Positions 36,068 through 48,300 of a stretch of 54,249 nt of DNA are shown here, piece after piece. This DNA comes from a virus (lineage: Duplodnaviria > Caudoviricetes). The position numbers and the translations under genes were made by a program. The stretch lies in IMG/VR virus record IMGVR_UViG_3300027741_000085, positions 1 through 54,249 of that record. One strand, 5' to 3'. Positions within the stretch are counted from its first letter, which is position 1. The number at the start of each line of letters is the position of its first letter. Under the pieces are notes generated by a model. It was given only the letters and a program-made list of their open reading frames with translations, ran no database searches and was not told the DNA's origin.

Positions 36068-36099
36068 CACTGATTAGCCTACCACCCGTTAGCATAATG
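36066..36099 (-). mobile_element. attI-like terminal site of array C, just upstream of int
   Basis: AACACTGATTAGCCTACCACCCGTTAGCATAATG; second copy at 10310. Confidence 0.6.
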
Positions 36100-36127
36100 C
36101 TACGCAACGTCATGCACCAATAACGTT

Positions 36128-37285
36128 ATGTTTACGCTGATTCCACGCGGGAAGAAAGGGTTGTTCTCGGCTGTTTGGTGGGAGAAGCAGCCGGATGGGA
36201 CGCTGAAACAGCAGTGGAAGGCTACGGGGACGAGTAATCGGAAGCTGGCTAAGGAGATGGCGGAGCTATGGGTGGAGGCTTCGCAGGAAAAGCGTATTTC
36301 GGAACGATTTAAACAACGCACTTTGGAACTGACTCGACGGCTTTCGGGGCGGTCGGGATCGTTGACGGTTCGGGATTGGTTCAAGAAATGGATTGAGGAA
36401 CGCACGCCCGAGGTGAGGCCTTCAACGCTGGCGTATTTCAAGGGGAAGACACAAGCGTTCATGGATTACCTGGAGTCGGTGAAGATGGCGGATGCGGATC
36501 TCGGAGCCATTGATGCGCGGCATATCCAGGGGTTCCGAGATGCGGACCTGAAGCGAGTGACGGCGGCCACGGTAAATCATTCCCTGAAGTGCTTACGGAT
36601 GGTGTTCAAGGCGGCGTGCGAGCGGGGCTTGATCATGGAAGATCCGACAAAGACGGTGAAGACGTTTAAGAAAAGCACGCAGGAACAAGAGGGCGATGAG
36701 ACGCGCCGCGCTTTCGAGGTGGCAGAACTTCAGGCCGTGCTCAAGGTGTGTAATGAGGAATGGCAAAGCCTCGTGATGTTTGGGGTTTACACGGGTCAGC
36801 GCCTCCATGACATCGCGAAGATGAAATGGAAGCAAGTGGATGTGGCTACGGGAATGATTCATTTTAAATCCAGTAAGACGCGCCGCATTGTGCGGTGTCC
36901 GCTCCCTGCGCCCTTGCATGACTGGCTCCTCACTCAGACGATGCCGGATGATGAGCGCGCGCCCGTGCATCCGCTGGCGTTCAAGGCTGGTTCAAGCACG
37001 TTGTCTGGGCAGTTCGGTGATATTTTAGCGGCGGCTGGACTGCGGAAAAAGATTCCCCGGACAGCCTCAAAAGATCGAGTGCTTACGGGCGACCGACGAA
37101 CCAAGAACGAACTCAGCTTCCATTCGTTGAGACATACCTATGTCACTTGGTTGAAGATGGCTGGCGCATCATCTGCCGTGGCCATGGACGCCGTGGGGCA
37201 TGATTCCGCTGGAATTAATGAGCATTACACGCATGTGGATGATGACACGAAAAAGCGCTTTGCGGACTTGCTGCCAAGATTGTGA
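36128..37285 (+). CDS. int: Phage tyrosine integrase
   Basis: TGQR, K, HSLRH and GH...HY catalytic residues; SAM-like core-binding domain; no IntI-specific insertion. Confidence 0.92.
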   Translation: MFTLIPRGKKGLFSAVWWEKQPDGTLKQQWKATGTSNRKLAKEMAELWVEASQEKRISERFKQRTLELTRRLSGRSGSLTVRDWFKKWIEERTPEVRPSTLAYFKGKTQAFMDYLESVKMADADLGAIDARHIQGFRDADLKRVTAATVNHSLKCLRMVFKAACERGLIMEDPTKTVKTFKKSTQEQEGDETRRAFEVAELQAVLKVCNEEWQSLVMFGVYTGQRLHDIAKMKWKQVDVATGMIHFKSSKTRRIVRCPLPAPLHDWLLTQTMPDDERAPVHPLAFKAGSSTLSGQFGDILAAAGLRKKIPRTASKDRVLTGDRRTKNELSFHSLRHTYVTWLKMAGASSAVAMDAVGHDSAGINEHYTHVDDDTKKRFADLLPRL

Positions 37286-37319
37286 TTGTCAACTAATTCA
37301 GATGTGGCATGAATAGGGC

Positions 37320-38219
37320 ATGGCGGATGCTTCTATAGGCGAGTTGGCTTTAAAAAATCGGGCGCTCAAAAAAGCGGATTGGTTCAAGCCTAAAATAAAA
37401 GTGCGGGGCCAGCCCGAGGAAGAAATCCGTTTAGCTCAACCTGTATCTAATGGATTCAACCCTAAGATCGCTACTGCAAAGCGATCAGTTCCATCGCCAT
37501 CAAAAGATTACCAACAGGTTACTGGTGAATTTCTAGACCGCCTCAACGATGAGGATCTTAAAAAGGCCAAACAAGCGCGTCCTGAAGGTAATGCTGATTT
37601 TGAGAAAAAGATGGGACTAGATGATTCAACCCGGAAATTAACGGGCAAGCCAAAGAATTGGAAAGATGAATTAGATGCAGGTGTGGATGAGGGGTCTATG
37701 CGGATTGGGCAAATGGCGGCGGGACTTAGTAGCTTAATGCCTGGGAAATTTGGTAATGATGCTGAAAAAAGGAGAGTGCTCTATAAAGACCGTGCCGATA
37801 TTGATAATGCGTTCAGAAATCGAGGAGCCCCTAAAAAAGCATGGAACTCTTTTAGTCCTGGCGATGTAGCTACGACCACTATACAGCATGTCCCAGATGT
37901 CTTGAATCCTGTAAACAAGGCTGGCGCTGCTGCGAAAGTGGCTAATGGTCTTTGGCATGGGGTGAGAGGTTACACTTCAAACAAAGATGTTGGTGAGGCA
38001 CTATCATCAGCCGCAGGTAGTGTCATCGGTGAAAAGGCTGATGATCTTGTGACACATGGTAAAGGTATTGTTGGAAACGCCGCCGGAGCACTGGCTGAAG
38101 CAGGGTTAGATAAGTTACGTAGCATGATACCACAACAACAGTCAGCACCTTCAACTCAACCTAATGAGGATTCTGGCACGGAAGATAACAACCGTAAAAG
38201 AATAGCGATTATTAGATGA
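37320..38219 (+). CDS. Hypothetical protein, likely internal virion/ejection protein
   Basis: Gly/Ala-rich C-terminus; position. Confidence 0.6.
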   Translation: MADASIGELALKNRALKKADWFKPKIKVRGQPEEEIRLAQPVSNGFNPKIATAKRSVPSPSKDYQQVTGEFLDRLNDEDLKKAKQARPEGNADFEKKMGLDDSTRKLTGKPKNWKDELDAGVDEGSMRIGQMAAGLSSLMPGKFGNDAEKRRVLYKDRADIDNAFRNRGAPKKAWNSFSPGDVATTTIQHVPDVLNPVNKAGAAAKVANGLWHGVRGYTSNKDVGEALSSAAGSVIGEKADDLVTHGKGIVGNAAGALAEAGLDKLRSMIPQQQSAPSTQPNEDSGTEDNNRKRIAIIR

Positions 38220-38273
38220 TTACTCCAAATGTAGAATTAGTTGTCAACTAATGCTAATGTGCCATGATGCGGC

Positions 38274-38654
38274 ATGGCTTCCCGAGCTTTGAGCGCTGAT
38301 TCCTTTTTTCGCCGTCGCAAACCACGGCTTCCGAATCTACCCCAGCAGCCAATGCAACCGGGAGAAAATGCGAAGCCTAGTCTGGTGGATCAAATGAATG
38401 AAGACAGGGCTTCTCAAGTGGCGCAACAACAAGTCTCTGACCAAGCGAGAGATGCCCAGGCTCAAGTTGAGCAAGCGCAGCAACAACGTATGCCTAAAGT
38501 TCAAGGCTCTTCCGATGTGCTGGAACGGGCCTCAGCTTATGGGCAACATTTGAGAGATGAAGCTGTTCAGGGTAACGGCTATAATCTGGACCTGATTGAT
38601 GCGGATGGTAAACGAGTTAAAGGGGGTGGAATGCGGATTCATCCACCTTATTGA
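38274..38654 (+). CDS. Gln-rich hypothetical protein
   Basis: ORF with an upstream promoter motif. Confidence 0.6.
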   Translation: MASRALSADSFFRRRKPRLPNLPQQPMQPGENAKPSLVDQMNEDRASQVAQQQVSDQARDAQAQVEQAQQQRMPKVQGSSDVLERASAYGQHLRDEAVQGNGYNLDLIDADGKRVKGGGMRIHPPY

Positions 38655-38681
38655 TTAATAGGATTTTAAACTCATTTTCTT

Positions 38682-39317
38682 ATGGCTACTGCAATTCCTC
38701 GTCAACGAGTTCGTTCTCGGAAAACTCAAGTTCCTCGGCAACTGGAAGACTTACGCCCTGCTCGTGGCGTGGCTGCTTTGAATGGAGCCGGACAAATGCA
38801 ACCCATTCAGATGGGAAAGCGGTTCGGTTATCATACCGATAGCGCGGGCAATAAGATCGATTCGCGCACGGGCTTGGACTACGACGAAGCACAAGCGTCT
38901 CGCGCTCCATCTGATGGCAGCGCAGGTTTGAAACGCTGGGAAGCGGGCAAGGCGCAGGATTTCACCAACTTCTTTGGTCCTAAAGGGCAGTCCTTTAAGG
39001 ATCGCGAAAGCAAGCTGGCGGTAGGTGATCCTAACCGCGTGGGCTCATGGAATCGGAAGCAGATTGATCAAGTGCAACCCAAGGCGGATGCCTCCATGCA
39101 GCAGCAAGGCGCGGATGCGTTGAAGAAGCTGGGAAGTTCCACGGTAGCCTCAGCGATGCCGGGGCGGAGTCGGATATTAAAACCAAATGACATGCTCTCT
39201 GGTAAAGAGAGCGATGGGCTGAACGGCGGCGCGGCCAATGCGTTCAAGTCTGCGTCTACCGATGAACCGGAAACGGGGCCTTACGATAAGAAGGAAGAGG
39301 ACGACGAAGGGGAATAA
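38682..39317 (+). CDS. Hypothetical protein, likely internal virion protein
   Basis: ORF track. Confidence 0.6.
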   Translation: MATAIPRQRVRSRKTQVPRQLEDLRPARGVAALNGAGQMQPIQMGKRFGYHTDSAGNKIDSRTGLDYDEAQASRAPSDGSAGLKRWEAGKAQDFTNFFGPKGQSFKDRESKLAVGDPNRVGSWNRKQIDQVQPKADASMQQQGADALKKLGSSTVASAMPGRSRILKPNDMLSGKESDGLNGGAANAFKSASTDEPETGPYDKKEEDDEGE

Positions 39318-39381
39318 GTAAAATCACAAGCTACCCTAGTTCGTCATTGTCAACTAAAGCGGATGTGGCAACATCCGTATC

Positions 39382-42300
39382 ATGCCTAAAGCACCTCGGA
39401 CCCTGGATGATCTTGTCGCTAAAGACCCACTCTCGCAGGGGCTCAAGGCGTCACAACAGCACTCGCTGACGATTGGCGCTCCCCAGGCTGCCGCGCATTA
39501 CGAAAGGTTGGCTTCTCAACGAGCCTCGACGCTGGCGTCTAAGTTACCACCGCCCGCAGCGCCGCAGGCACCTAAAGAACCGACAGCGGCGCAACTGGTG
39601 CGCCAACAGAACGCGGCGACAAAGCAAGAGAACACGGCGACACGTCGGCAGTTCCAGAATGATGCGGTGGCATGGTTCACGACGGCAGAAGGTAAGCACA
39701 TCCCTATCACGGCACCCTCGGGCGGGCGACTGGTCAAAAAAGATCAGACGCCTTATTACTACGATGAAAAGACGGGGCAACCGTATCGCGTGATCGGTAA
39801 TAAAGCCGTGGGCGTAAATGAGCTTGGCGCAGTAAGCCGGAAGGCGAAGCCGGACGGGCTGGTGTATGAACACCTCGCCCAAACGAACTCGAGTAAAGAT
39901 GTGCCCGTGGATGTGAATGAGCAGAATCCACCGGGCATGAAGGAGTTTGAGCAAGGGCTCAAAGAAGATCAGGAGCAAGTGACAAAGGGCGTCGTTAGTG
40001 CAAACGCCAGCGTGACAGCTCACTCCAAAGCAGTCACCCAAGCCAAACAGGATCTGGCCGTCATGAACAAGATCGGCGCGGGAGATGATCCCGTTCATGC
40101 GGCGCTCGTGGAGAAGTATGGGCAAAATCCCGCTACGGAACACGATGAAAGTTCGGGTGAATACACCCCTACCGAACCCACGGACCCCGAAGAACTCGCA
40201 AAGAAAAGGCTGGGTGATATTTACACGCTCGCCAAAGAACAGAAAGCGCAAGCCATCATCGCTCTGAACACAGCGCAAGCGGCTAAGGATTCGTTCTTTG
40301 CAAAGAAAACTGAGCGACTCGCCACGGCGCGGGAAGGCTTCGCTTATGAAGCACGGGAACGCCTTCCCGGAACAGGGAGACTTGCGACTGCTGCCAATGA
40401 TCAGATTATCGGCGTGGTGCCACCGCCACCGCTGCCTGTAACGAAGGAAGATGCGCTGGACCCGGTGCGCGCCGCTGCACAAGCTGCTATCCGCACGGTG
40501 ACCGATGTGTCAGGGCTGAATCAGCGTGTGGATAAGGATGCGCTGCACTTTGATTTCCGTGGGATGCCAACACTTCCGCCGCTTCATATCAAAACGCCAA
40601 CATCGGCCACGGATTCAGCACCAGACAGCGAAATCGATACCGATACGGCCCCCGCTCCTGAAGCACCGATTGCCTATTCCACCTCCGTTCCTGACACCGC
40701 GCTTTTACCCAGAGCCGCTGAATTGCAAAGCTACGCAAAGGCCGCGGGTAAGACAGACTTCCATGCGACTCCCGGCTTGCAGATGCAGGACGACGGGAAA
40801 CTGATGGTGGACATGGAGCCACCAGCGCCCGCAGAAGAAGCGCCTGCGCCTTCCTACCCTGAGAAGCTGTTGAACATGGCGAACGATGCCGTAACAAAAG
40901 CGCAGATGGCCCCATTCGGAGCTGCCGCTGGTTATGTGCAGGACGGTATTAAGGCGCTTGGAGAGGGAATCACGAAAGCCTTTGACCCGAAAACTGGCAA
41001 GCCTTCGCTCGTGCCGACCGAACGCGGGCAACGGGTGTATGATCAATACGGCATTCCTTCGCTGGAAATGCATTGGCAGGGGTCCGAAAAGCCCGGTGCG
41101 CCTGTGTCCCCTAGCCTATTGGCGAACGATCCTTATCACGGATTGCCTGAGTATGCCGCCGCGCCGCGTGACTTGTTCCCTGCGCCTGATTCCCCTTCCC
41201 TGAAGGGGATGTCTGAAGAGGAGATTGCAAAAGCACGCGAAGACGTGACGAATCAATGGCGGGCAAATCGCTGGGAACCAACCAAGACAGCGGACTTCCT
41301 CACACGTTGGAAAGCGGGAGACGATGCCGCGCGCCGTGAGATGATGGCGGAAGTGGATTCACGCCAGAACGATCTTCGCCCTGAACTGCGCCGCTTGGAT
41401 ACCAAGATGCTCTGGGAGACGGGGCAAATCTCCAAGCAGGAAGCGCGCACTTTAGAAAACATCGAAACCCAACGCCTGCCCGGACTGCCAGACTTGGATA
41501 TGCAGTGGGCTGTGAAAGGCGATAAAAACGCCGATGGACCAGCACGGCAGAAGTTCATTGAGCAGTATCTTCGTGATAATCGCAACACCGTGGACTTTGA
41601 TGACGCCACGTTCACCGCGCAGCGGGACAAGCTGTTGGCGGGGGTGCCAAGTGACCTTATCAGCGATGCAGGGCAGTGGATGAAGAACACCACCGCCGGC
41701 GCATTGGGTAGCAGCCCTGGGATGTTGATTGATCAACCTGTGAACATCCTTGTCGCGGGTGCTCATGCCGTGGTCGGTGCCTTGCAAGGCAAGCCGCTGA
41801 GTGGTGGGCAGAAAGACTTGCTCGCCGAGGACAACAAGCGCATGGGCTTGATCGCTGGGCAAACGGGCGATTCCCTCTATAACATGTATGCGCAGACTCG
41901 CGAACGTCTGCGCACGTTGACGCCGGACGGCGTGAATCGATTTGATGAGATGCGTCAGGATCTCGCGGGCATTCTTGCGGATATTGACAACGGGAAGCGC
42001 CCCACGGAAGCCGAGTTCCAAGCCGTGCGAAACCGCATCGCGGACCGAGCCTTAGTCGTGAACGGGGTTGCTGACAAAAGCATCCCACAAGAGCGCGCCC
42101 GTGCTTACTACGACATTGGAAACTTAAACTCCCGTGTCGGTGGCATCTTCGCGCAATACAATGAGACTCGTGACCCGAATCTCAAAGACCAGATGATTAC
42201 GGAGTTGCTCGCCCATCCAGGCGAGATGCAGCGCCGAGATCAGGCTTCGCAATACGCTGACCCGACGATTGCAAAAGAAAGCTGGCTCCGAACCATCGGC

Positions 42301-45300
42301 GAGGCCGAAGAAGCGGATAAGCTGGCGCGGGATCGCTCGGGTTTCATTAATCAAATTACTTCCGGCTATCGCTCCGGCGGTGTGGCTCCATTGACTGAGA
42401 CTGCCGTGGAAATGGCGAGCGCTGGCTTGGAAGGCTGGTTTGCGAAGGCTGCGGAACGCGGGCTTGGGTTGGCTGAGAAAGCCACGATGGAGACAGGGCG
42501 CAAAATGGCCGCTGGTGAAGCCTTTGAACATTGGTGGGAAAAGCTGGGCATCAAACACGCCGCAGAAGATGCGCCGCTTACGCTCGGAGATAAAGCGCGT
42601 AACCTTGCGGTGAGTGCGGCTAAATCTGCGGGCGGGGTAAGCCTTACGGAAGGTGCGGAGGAAATCGTGGGTGGCTTTGGGCAGAAAGAGAATACGGACA
42701 AAGATATTGCGATGCAGGGCTTGGGCGGGGCTTTCGGTGGGCTTGCGCTTATGCCGTTCTTCCATGGGCAGCATTTAGTATCTACAGGAGTAGCTAGCGG
42801 GTTGAATGCCGCTAGCTCCTTCCTTGATAATCGCCGTCAAGTGCTTGCCGATAAAGCAGCGGTGGCGAAGATCGTCGAGACACACAATCGTCTCAATCCA
42901 AGTGACCCGATTGACTTCGACCTCGCGCAGCAGGCTCGTGCTTACCTGCCTTCTCATGAAGTGGTCACGGGTGCGATCAATGCCGCCACTCAGCAAATGA
43001 TGAATGCGGCGGCGCTGCCTGAAGGTCCAGTGAGAGATAAAGCTTTACAAAAAGCCAATGACCTCTGGCATAGCACGTTCAACTTTCAATTCCAGAACGA
43101 GCAAGCTGCGCTGAATGCAGCCAAGGAAATCAACGGCCTCAAAGACCAAGGGCCGGAAGGCGAAGCCCTGCGTAACGTGGCGGATGCTGCCTTGCGGGCA
43201 GTGCAGGACGGCACGCTGACGCCGGACCAATCAGGATGGCTCGCAAACTACCATCTCCCCACGGGTGAGAAGGCAGCTTACTATGCCGAGGGGACCGACA
43301 ACACGGCGCGGCTGAAGGAAATCAACCAGCGCATCACGGAGCTGGAGAAGCAACGCGATCAAGCAAAGCAGAAAAACAAGCTCTCCATCGGTGACTTCAC
43401 GGGCAAGCCGCAAACAATCAAATACGACGCCAGCCAGTGGAACGCCGCGAAAAGTGGCGAACTTGAGTCGCTCAAGAAAGAAGCAGAATCGTCAACTAAT
43501 GTTCCACATGGAACACCGGACAAAGGGCGCTGGATCTTCACGGATGCTTTCCGTAATGCCGTGGCGGAAGTCGCCCCGCAGACTGCGGCAGCGTTCTTTG
43601 ATCAGACCGAGAACCAGCAGCTTGACGCGCATCAACAATTAGTCAACAATGCCACGTCTGGAGCGCCGACAGATACTCAAGCTGCTAAAGCAGCTTCGAG
43701 GGCAGGCGCAACGCCTGGGACGGGCGCGAACTTCATGGGAGTGGAGGGCGTTCCGTCTCAGGCATCTTCTACTTCTGCGCCCTCAGCACCCCAATCTCCG
43801 GCTGCTAGGTCTTTGGTTGTTTCTCCTAGCAGTGGGGAAAACGTAGGAGTCAGTGCGCCGGAACGTGGTTCGGCGGCTGATGTTCGGGCTTCTGCGGTGG
43901 GGAATCCGGTTTCCTCCACTGGCTCCTACACCTTCCCACTGAGCTACACGAGCAAGGAAGGATTGGAGGTAAAGAACACGCCGACTATCAAAGCGGCATC
44001 CCTCAGTGAGGCGAAATCAAAGCAACAGTCTTACGTGGCAAAACTTGAGAAGGTAGGACACACGGACGTCGTGGCTGGTGAACTCTCGCCAGTAATGTCG
44101 AAGGCAACTGGTAAGCAAAGCTTACAAGTTCAAGAACAGGAACAGGAACAGCAGCCTTACATTGCTTTGGATTGGCCACAGCAAGCACAATCATGGAAGA
44201 TTGAGACGCTAAAGGATCTGCTGACGAATGTAGCCAGCACTTACGGCTACGCGCTCGCAGATACGGGTATTCCAACGGGGATGCATGACCGTTGGGGCAA
44301 GGCGCTACATTGGGGCACCAATCTTTACGACAAGCTTGGAGATCGTCCCCCTGGCATTTCCCCTCAAGCGGAAACCATAGGCCATTGGATTGATAACCTG
44401 AGCAACTCAGGAATGAAAAGGGAAATCCTTTCACGCATGAGTGAAGGGGTAAACGCGGGCAGTGTCACGGGCGGTTATCTGCATCGCGTGTGGTTCGGTC
44501 ATGATGCGCTTAGTAACATGGGCGACATAGTGAGCAAGTTCGGTGTTAGCTCTGTGCCTCACTACTTTATGGCGTTGTTCAAGGACAGCACCACAAAGAG
44601 CGGCATTCCTCTCCCTGGGGTGCAGATGCTCGTGCGCTCCGGTGCCGTGTCTGACAAGCTGGCGACGAAGTGGATGTCCGTGACCCTGCCCGGCATGTTC
44701 GGCGCTGGCATGGCCATCTATGGCACGCTCCGCCTTGCCCGAACGCTGGAAGGTGGAAAGCTCACGAAGACTAAGGCCGTGCTCGCCACGCTCGGCGTAG
44801 GCTTCAAGGTCATCGGTGGGGCCCTTCATGCGCAGCCGTTCCTTGTGCTTTCAGGGCTGGCAGATGCCGCGCTTTTGATTACGCACTTAGGTGACATCAA
44901 GCGCGTTTTTGCGGCTACCTCCAAAGAGGAATTGAATACTCACGCGGCAGAAGTGAAGCAGGAATTTAAGCAATCCAGTCAGAGTCAGCCTGTGGCAAAT
45001 GATAAAAAAAATGTTACATTAAAAGATGATCTTTATCCCAAAAACCATGAGCCGGGAAGAAGCTCTGAAAGCTCGGTTGAACACGTCCACGGGCAAGACC
45101 GTGGAGCAAGTGACACGCAGCGCGGACGAGCACCACTGGCAGACGGCGGAACCCAAGTATCTAATCGCGCCGGACAAGTTGCAGGAACCGAAACGCCATC
45201 AGCACTTTCAAGAGGTAATGACGGCACGCTTCAAGGGCAATCTACCGAAGGATCTCGGGAAGGGACCGCCGCCACCGGTGGCTTACCTGCCCTTAATTCT

Positions 45301-48300
45301 ACTGCCTTGGAACAGGGTGCGCCCCAAGAAGTAAACGCTGCAACTGACCAAGAAGAACAAATTCCAGAACCCGCAATTGATGAAGGGGGTGGGAAAGTCG
45401 TTCCAAGTCGCACAGCGCCTACGAACAATAAGGAAAACAGTGTTCCGGCAGTAAAGCGCAAGGACAAGATTAAACTGACACACAAGAACACGTTTGAGGC
45501 GCTCAAGGAGCATTTCCAACCGGGAGAGATTGTTAACGATTATCTCGGGAAGAGCCGGGTGATTTCATTTACTGGAACCAATGTGGCTGATTGGTCCGTC
45601 AAAGTTCAAGGCTTGACCAAAGAAGGTGAAGACCTACCCAATGATGTCCGCACTCACAGGACATTCCCCAGTGCCAAAGAATTACAAATAGCTCTGAACA
45701 AGCCGCCTTCAGAAAGCGAAGCCGTAGATCAGCGCGCCCCTACCAACGCCTCACCTGAAACAGTAAAGAGTGCGAAAGATGAAGCGTATCTGAAAGCCGC
45801 TCAAGCTGGAGACCTTACGACTGCGCAGGATATGGTGGATGCAGCAGCAAAAGAGGCTGGCTACAATATTCCTGTCTGGCATGGCTTGAACTATGGAGGG
45901 TCCAAAGAAATCGAAGGGCATTCTTTTGACTTTGAACGTGGACGTTATGGGAAAGGTGCTTGGGTTACGACTTCTGAAGAAGTGGGCAACCGTTACGGAC
46001 CTAAGAATAAGTTAAAGTTATTTCTTAAAGCGGATCGAGTTTTCACCCAAAAAGACTACGAACAGCTACCCGAAAATGATCCCATTAAGCAGGCGATTGC
46101 CCGCAACAACGCTAAGCCTGAGACGCTCTCCACAGTCATTGATTTCTCAGAAGCGGAACCTCTTTTAAAAGCAAGAGGCTATGATGCTGCTGCGCACACG
46201 CGCCCCGGTTCTATGGATGGTGCACCGTCAGACGCGCTGCACACAGCCTACTTTGTTTTTATTAGTCCATCTCAACTCAAATCTGCAGACCCTATCATCC
46301 GCGATGGATCTGGTAACATCATCCCACTGAGCGAACGCTTTGCCAGCGGACCGGGGGAGCGCCGTGAACAAGAGCTTACTGGCAATCCTATAAGCACTCT
46401 TGAAAAGCAATCTTTTTCGGGTTGGTCAATGGTTGATAAAAATGGCGGAAACAGTGGAAATAGTGCCTCGGATGTGGTTAAATTTGAGGATGTCCCCTCC
46501 CACTCCCTCACTGACCAACAGCGTGACAACCTTGCCGCCCTTGCGTCAATCTGGCGTCAAGACGCCGGCGCAACTGGAGAGACTGGAGCGTTCACATCGC
46601 GCCGCATATCGTCCGTTGCCGACGGACGAGGAAGATCCCTTGTTGAATTCACTCAGGCATTTGAAGCGGCTACAGGAAAGCGAATTGAATGGGTAGATAC
46701 CCCTGCTGAATTGCCACTTCCTTGGAAGGCGGCGGTGAGCCCTCAGCGAAGCAACACAATCTTTGTCCATTCCCGTGCTCCTGGGAATGTGCTAGCCCTG
46801 ATCGGGCATGAGTGGGGCCACACTTTGAAGTCGCAGAACCCTGCTCTCTATCGGGATCTGCAAACGGCACTAGCAAAGCAAGCCTCCCGTGAGGATGTTA
46901 AAGTGCTCCGTAGTGATTTATCAAAACATTACCGGCGGGACATTCTTAACACAGAGCTGACGAACAACGTCATTGGAGACTTCTTCACTGATCCTGAGTT
47001 CTGGAGGCAAGTAGGCAAAGAAGAGCCAAGTCTGCTGCACCGCGTGGTCCAAAGCCTTCAAGACTGGTTCACGGGACTTGTGGCCAAGGTGAAAAGTCAG
47101 TGGGGCATGGAGAAGTATGCGAAGAGCCTTGATGACGCCCGCCAAGAAGTTGTGGCAGCTTTCACCCAAGCAGTAAGAGAAGGGCCTTATTCAGAACTTT
47201 CTAACGTGAGTGATGATGAGCTTGTTCGCAGTGGTATAACGGAAACGGATTTGGCCGCGCATGATGCAGCCACGTCTCCGCACAATAATCTTCCTGAACC
47301 TACACAGGCTCAGAAAGAAGCGGGCAATTACAAGGTTGGACGCTTGCGGCTTGGAGGCATGAATATTTCTGTTGAGAATCCTGCTGGAAGCACTCGCAAG
47401 GGCACAGATGGTAAAGGTAAGCTGTGGTCCCGTGAGATGAAGAGTCACTATGGCTATTTCCGTGATACCCAATCACGCGATGGGGACCACATGGATGTCT
47501 TTGTCAAACCCGGCACTTCGGCAGATTACAATGGCCCCGCCTTCGTCGTAAACCAAATTGACCCTAAGACCGGGAAGTTTGATGAACACAAGACTATTCT
47601 TGGTGCTCAGACACCAGAAGAAGCCCGTGCTCTTTACCTAGACAATTACGATGCGACTGGACCGTCTCGCATCGGCAGCATCGCCCGTTTCAGCACGCTA
47701 GAGAATTTCAAAAAATGGGCTACAGAGAAGCAACGCATAGCTCCTGCAAAAGAAGGTATGGAGGCAAAGCGTTCGAGGCGCTTGAGCGACAACGCCGAGA
47801 TGCCGACTGCGGGGGTTAGTGAAACTAATAATCATGCAAAAGAACTCGCAAAACCAAACCTAGAGAGCTATTTTAACTATCATGGACTCCCATCCTCCGA
47901 ACACGCCGCCGCCGAATCTTCCATCAGAGGATCTTTTGCCGCCTCCCCTACCCCCTACGAAGAAACAGCCGCTCGAGTATCCTCCAACGGAGGAGTGGAT
48001 CGGGGAGCCGTCAGAAGCGCCCGAACACATCAAGCAGCAGTTTATCAAGGATTGATCAATGGAGACATTGAAGGAACGGCCAAGAGCATTTCCGATGGGG
48101 TTCCTTTGTCATCCCTCATGCCACAATTCATTGGTCGTGAGATTTCGGGCTTTGATATTCGCGGGGCAGTCATCAACTCGCCTAAGGAGCTAGCACTTCA
48201 TGCCTTAGCCCACCGCACACCATATTTCGAGTCGGTCAAAGTCGTCGTTGTGGACAAAGCCCATCAGGTCATTCACAGCCAAGTAGTGCATGTAGGCTCT

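Noticed and set aside
36128-37285. Calling the integrase an integron integrase (intI)
   Set aside because: It lacks the IntI-specific insertion, and an arm-type attP is present.
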